Shown here: positions 61,385 to 64,000 of the stretch, piece after piece
Layout of the letters: every line of letters begins with the position of its first letter
Position numbering within the stretch: the first letter of the stretch is position 1
DNA from: an uncultured Candidatus Binatia bacterium
GTDB taxonomy: Bacteria; Desulfobacterota; Binatia; UBA9968; CAXXLF01
Length of the DNA: 64,000 nucleotides
Reading direction: 5' to 3'
NCBI GenBank assembly: GCA_965218425.1
Contig: OZ244621.1
Location: forward strand, 3,840,001-3,904,000
The notes under the pieces: generated by a model
Seen by the model: only the letters and a program-made list of their open reading frames with translations
Databases searched by the model: none
What the model was told of the DNA's origin: nothing
Translations under genes and position numbers: made by a program

Positions 61385-62535
61385 CTAACGTCGACGCTTT
61401 TTTCTTTGAGTCAAACCTCTTTTCAACTTGGCCCTATAGGCGCGACCCTCTTTCGTGCCATACCACTTGAATTGCTTGACTGTCTCCGAGCTGTCGTACC
61501 ACGTTATCACCTTGCTACCGCTTGCCTTGAGACTCTTTCTGGCCTGCTTGTCGATGTCGCTCTGGCCGAAGGCGGCATTGGACTGGTAGTTTACGGGTTG
61601 CCAGATGGCTTGCGCCTCGGGCGTAGTCATCCACATGGCCCAGAGGGTTGCCGTAGCAGGGTGTCGCACGTTTTTGGGTATCAGGTGAAGGACCCGGGTC
61701 ATAGGGGTATAATCGGAAAACCAGCGCTGTCCCAAAGCGAGTTTTGGGTCTTTGGCTTTCTTCTGCCCGTAGTAGTAGGAATTTGTTGGCTGGAAGGCAA
61801 ATTCCCCCAGGAGCATCCGGTCCACACCCTGACCGTACCGGCGTTCTTTCCAGTTTGGTCTGCGATCTTCAACCATTTGTCTTTGTCATAGACGAGGATT
61901 CCAATCTCCCACATGGAGGTCCATGGAGGAACCGTGAACATACCCTTAAACTTCGGATTTGCAAGATCTGCCACGCCCTCGGGGAGCTTGTCCTCAGAGA
62001 TGAGTTTTTTGTTGTAAAGAAAGGAACGTGACCTTGTACTCCACATAAAGCTGTAACCACTAAAGGGAGCGGGGCTTACCTCCTCCGGTTTGACTTTGCC
62101 TGAACCCACCAGCGGATTGATTTCCGCCAGTAGGGTCTGCCAGTTATCAATGTAAGTCGAAAATCCGGCCTCTTTCATTTTCACGTGCTCCTGTCCGGTA
62201 CCGGTGAGGGCATCATAGGCGGGGATTCCACCTGTCTTGAGGGTTGCGTGTAATTGAACGAACTTGTTTGACATGCTGCCACGGGCCATGTTGATCTCAA
62301 CGTTCATCCCAAACCGCTTATTGAAGGCATTTATTAGCCGGGCTTGCGCCTTTACAATCCCTGAAGTAATGGCAGTGTTCAGCACCCCTTCCTTCTTCGC
62401 CTTAGCCACCAAATCATTGAGGAATTGTTCTCCTTGCGGGCTCGCGAATGCGGGGCTCCCTAAGAGATTGCAAGAGAAAAACGCCAGAGCAACCCAGGCA
62501 AGACCGACCTGGGGGAACCTGAACAATAAATTCAT
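61385..62535 (-). pseudogene. ABC solute-binding protein with an internal frameshift
   Basis: N-part AKKEGVL...YNKKL...DLANPKFKG; C-part in another frame from ~61835 (YGQGVDRMLLGE...RHPATATLWAMWMTTPEAQ). Confidence 0.8.
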
Positions 62536-62664
62536 TAGGACACCTCCAAAGTGCGATTACGATGGATCGTACGCTTCCCCCCCTCATGGTGTCAAGCTCC
62601 CGTTAGAAAGAATTATGGTAATTTGTGAAGTGAGAATGAGGTAGCCTAGTTTTAAAAGGTCCTT

Positions 62665-63145
62665 TGACCTGCTCCCCTTTTTGTCCTCACCTATAAGTTA
62701 GCGGTATTTCACTGTGTTCCGATCGGGACCGGATTGCAAACTCCGTCGGCGTCAGTCCGTGGAGGCTCGTGTGTGGTCTTCTGGCGTTGTAGTCGGCCCT
62801 CCAGTCTTCGATGATCTCGCGGGCTTTGCGCTAGCTTGTGAACATGTGCTCGTTCAGGCATTCATCGCGCAGAGGCCCGATGAAGCGCTTGGCGTTCTGC
62901 GCTTCCAGGTTCCGAGGCCGTTTCGCCTCAGACACCTCCAGCCCGCCGTACTTCGAACGCCACTTGTACAACGTCGCGTCGCTGATGCCGTACTTGCGAC
63001 ACAACTCCGCCACCCCACGCCCAGCCTGGTGCTCCTTCAGTATCCCGATGATCTGTTGTTCGCTGAATCGGCTCTTGCGCATGTGTCCTCTCCTCCTGGG
63101 TCAATCACTAACCTCGAGGTGAGGACATTCAAGGGGGGCAGGTCA
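62665..63145 (-). mobile_element. Internally deleted (481 bp) IS3-family derivative related to 49386-50571
   Basis: Both IRs retained; orfA start (MRKSRFSEQQII...QNAK) fused to orfB end (FIGPLRDECLNEH). Confidence 0.9.
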
Positions 63146-63320
63146 GTCCTATACCTGCTCATGACCAACGTCATCACAAACCCCACGATATACTGCATAA
63201 GAAATGGGGCTGCCAAATGTTTATAGTTTCGTGCTGGGGTGAACTCAGTTCTAGGTCAAAAGCGACTGTACGATCTCTCGTGTCAAGCGCTTTACCGACC
63301 GCCAATTAATAACGTATGAT

Positions 63321-63854
63321 TCAATTAGACGTTGCTTTCTTATCACCCTTCCAATCGGGCGAATTCTCCACTTGCTCAAACATGTTCCCCAAAACCTTGA
63401 AAAAAGGCATGTATAGAAAAGCCATCCACTTGGCCGGCGTACCTGGAACTTTGTTGAAATGCTGGTGCTCGCAGCCGTCGGGTTTCACTGGCAAAACGAT
63501 TAGATCCCACTTCTCCCACTCCACCTTACTTCTATCCACGACCGTGTAACCCTCACCATCCAGGACAAACAGCTGTATTCCCCCCTGGTGGCGGTGTTTG
63601 CCTGAATGGACCTTGACATCATGGATGAAGCATGTCCAGTCATCCGCCGCCGCGTCCCTCTTACCATGCCAGGTGAGAAAGGTCTTGGTTAGGGCCTGCC
63701 TGCCCTGCCGCCATGGGAGGTCCTTTGCCCGTATCACGATCTTGCCAGTCCTGGCACGCTCTCTAGCCTCTGCGTTAAGTCGTAGCGTCTCTTCATAGTG
63801 CGCCCCCTCCTCCTTCTGTTCCGGTCCTCTCTCTTTTACTCTTTCCCTCTCCAT
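63321..63854 (-). CDS. Monocupin protein related to the domains of 2319-3320
   Basis: SGKHRHQGG...DGEGYTVVD...WDLIVLPVKPDGCEHQHFN; SD AGGAGG. Confidence 0.82.
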   Translation of the reverse strand: MERERVKERGPEQKEEGAHYEETLRLNAEARERARTGKIVIRAKDLPWRQGRQALTKTFLTWHGKRDAAADDWTCFIHDVKVHSGKHRHQGGIQLFVLDGEGYTVVDRSKVEWEKWDLIVLPVKPDGCEHQHFNKVPGTPAKWMAFLYMPFFKVLGNMFEQVENSPDWKGDKKATSN

Positions 63855-64000
63855 TGTTGTCCTCCTTTTGCCGCTTGACTAAGTGCCTTTATCATTATGC
63901 AGCCAAAACTGACGAACTGCATTTTTAATCGGTCACTCGCACATACTGAATTTCGGGATAGCATAGCACAATCTCTGATTCGAGGCAGGCCTGGTGCACC

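Noticed and set aside
1..64000. CRISPR array, cas genes, rRNA, prophage genes
   Set aside because: No regularly spaced repeats or matching protein/RNA motifs were seen anywhere in the window.

Overview
A 64-kb bacterial chromosome segment. Its gene content (ispE-spoVG-tRNA-Gln-prs-rplY-pth-hppA-rpsF-rpsR-DUF2232-rplI operon, many Fe/polyamine-type ABC solute-binding proteins, UbiD, cupin, Rieske and amidohydrolase genes) suggests a Deltaproteobacteria-like organism, possibly Binatota; this is inference. Positions 1-20.6 kb hold a large orphan catabolic locus. Twelve co-oriented minus-strand genes (bicupin, EutA-like ATPase, SBP, Rieske oxygenase, SBP, permease, isochorismatase-like, hydantoinase A/B, bicupin, UbiD, amidohydrolase) face a divergent CoxSML-type Mo-hydroxylase. 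Positions 20.9-40.4 kb are an accessory, eroded zone with two near-identical IS630 copies each just 3' of a tRNA (Arg-ACG, Ser-GCT), GC-rich foreign gene fragments, a tRNA-Thr half fused to an IS481 remnant, a second UbiD+SBP, an AAA/DUF4143 gene and an intact IS3. Positions 41-59 kb are housekeeping (glnS, gltX, ribosomal/prs operon), interrupted by deletion-chimera pseudogenes. The most striking unexplained element is a ~255-nt, extensively base-paired, purine-rich putative ncRNA between divergent glnS and gltX. No CRISPR array or rRNA was seen. All family calls are from motif recognition by eye, not database searches.
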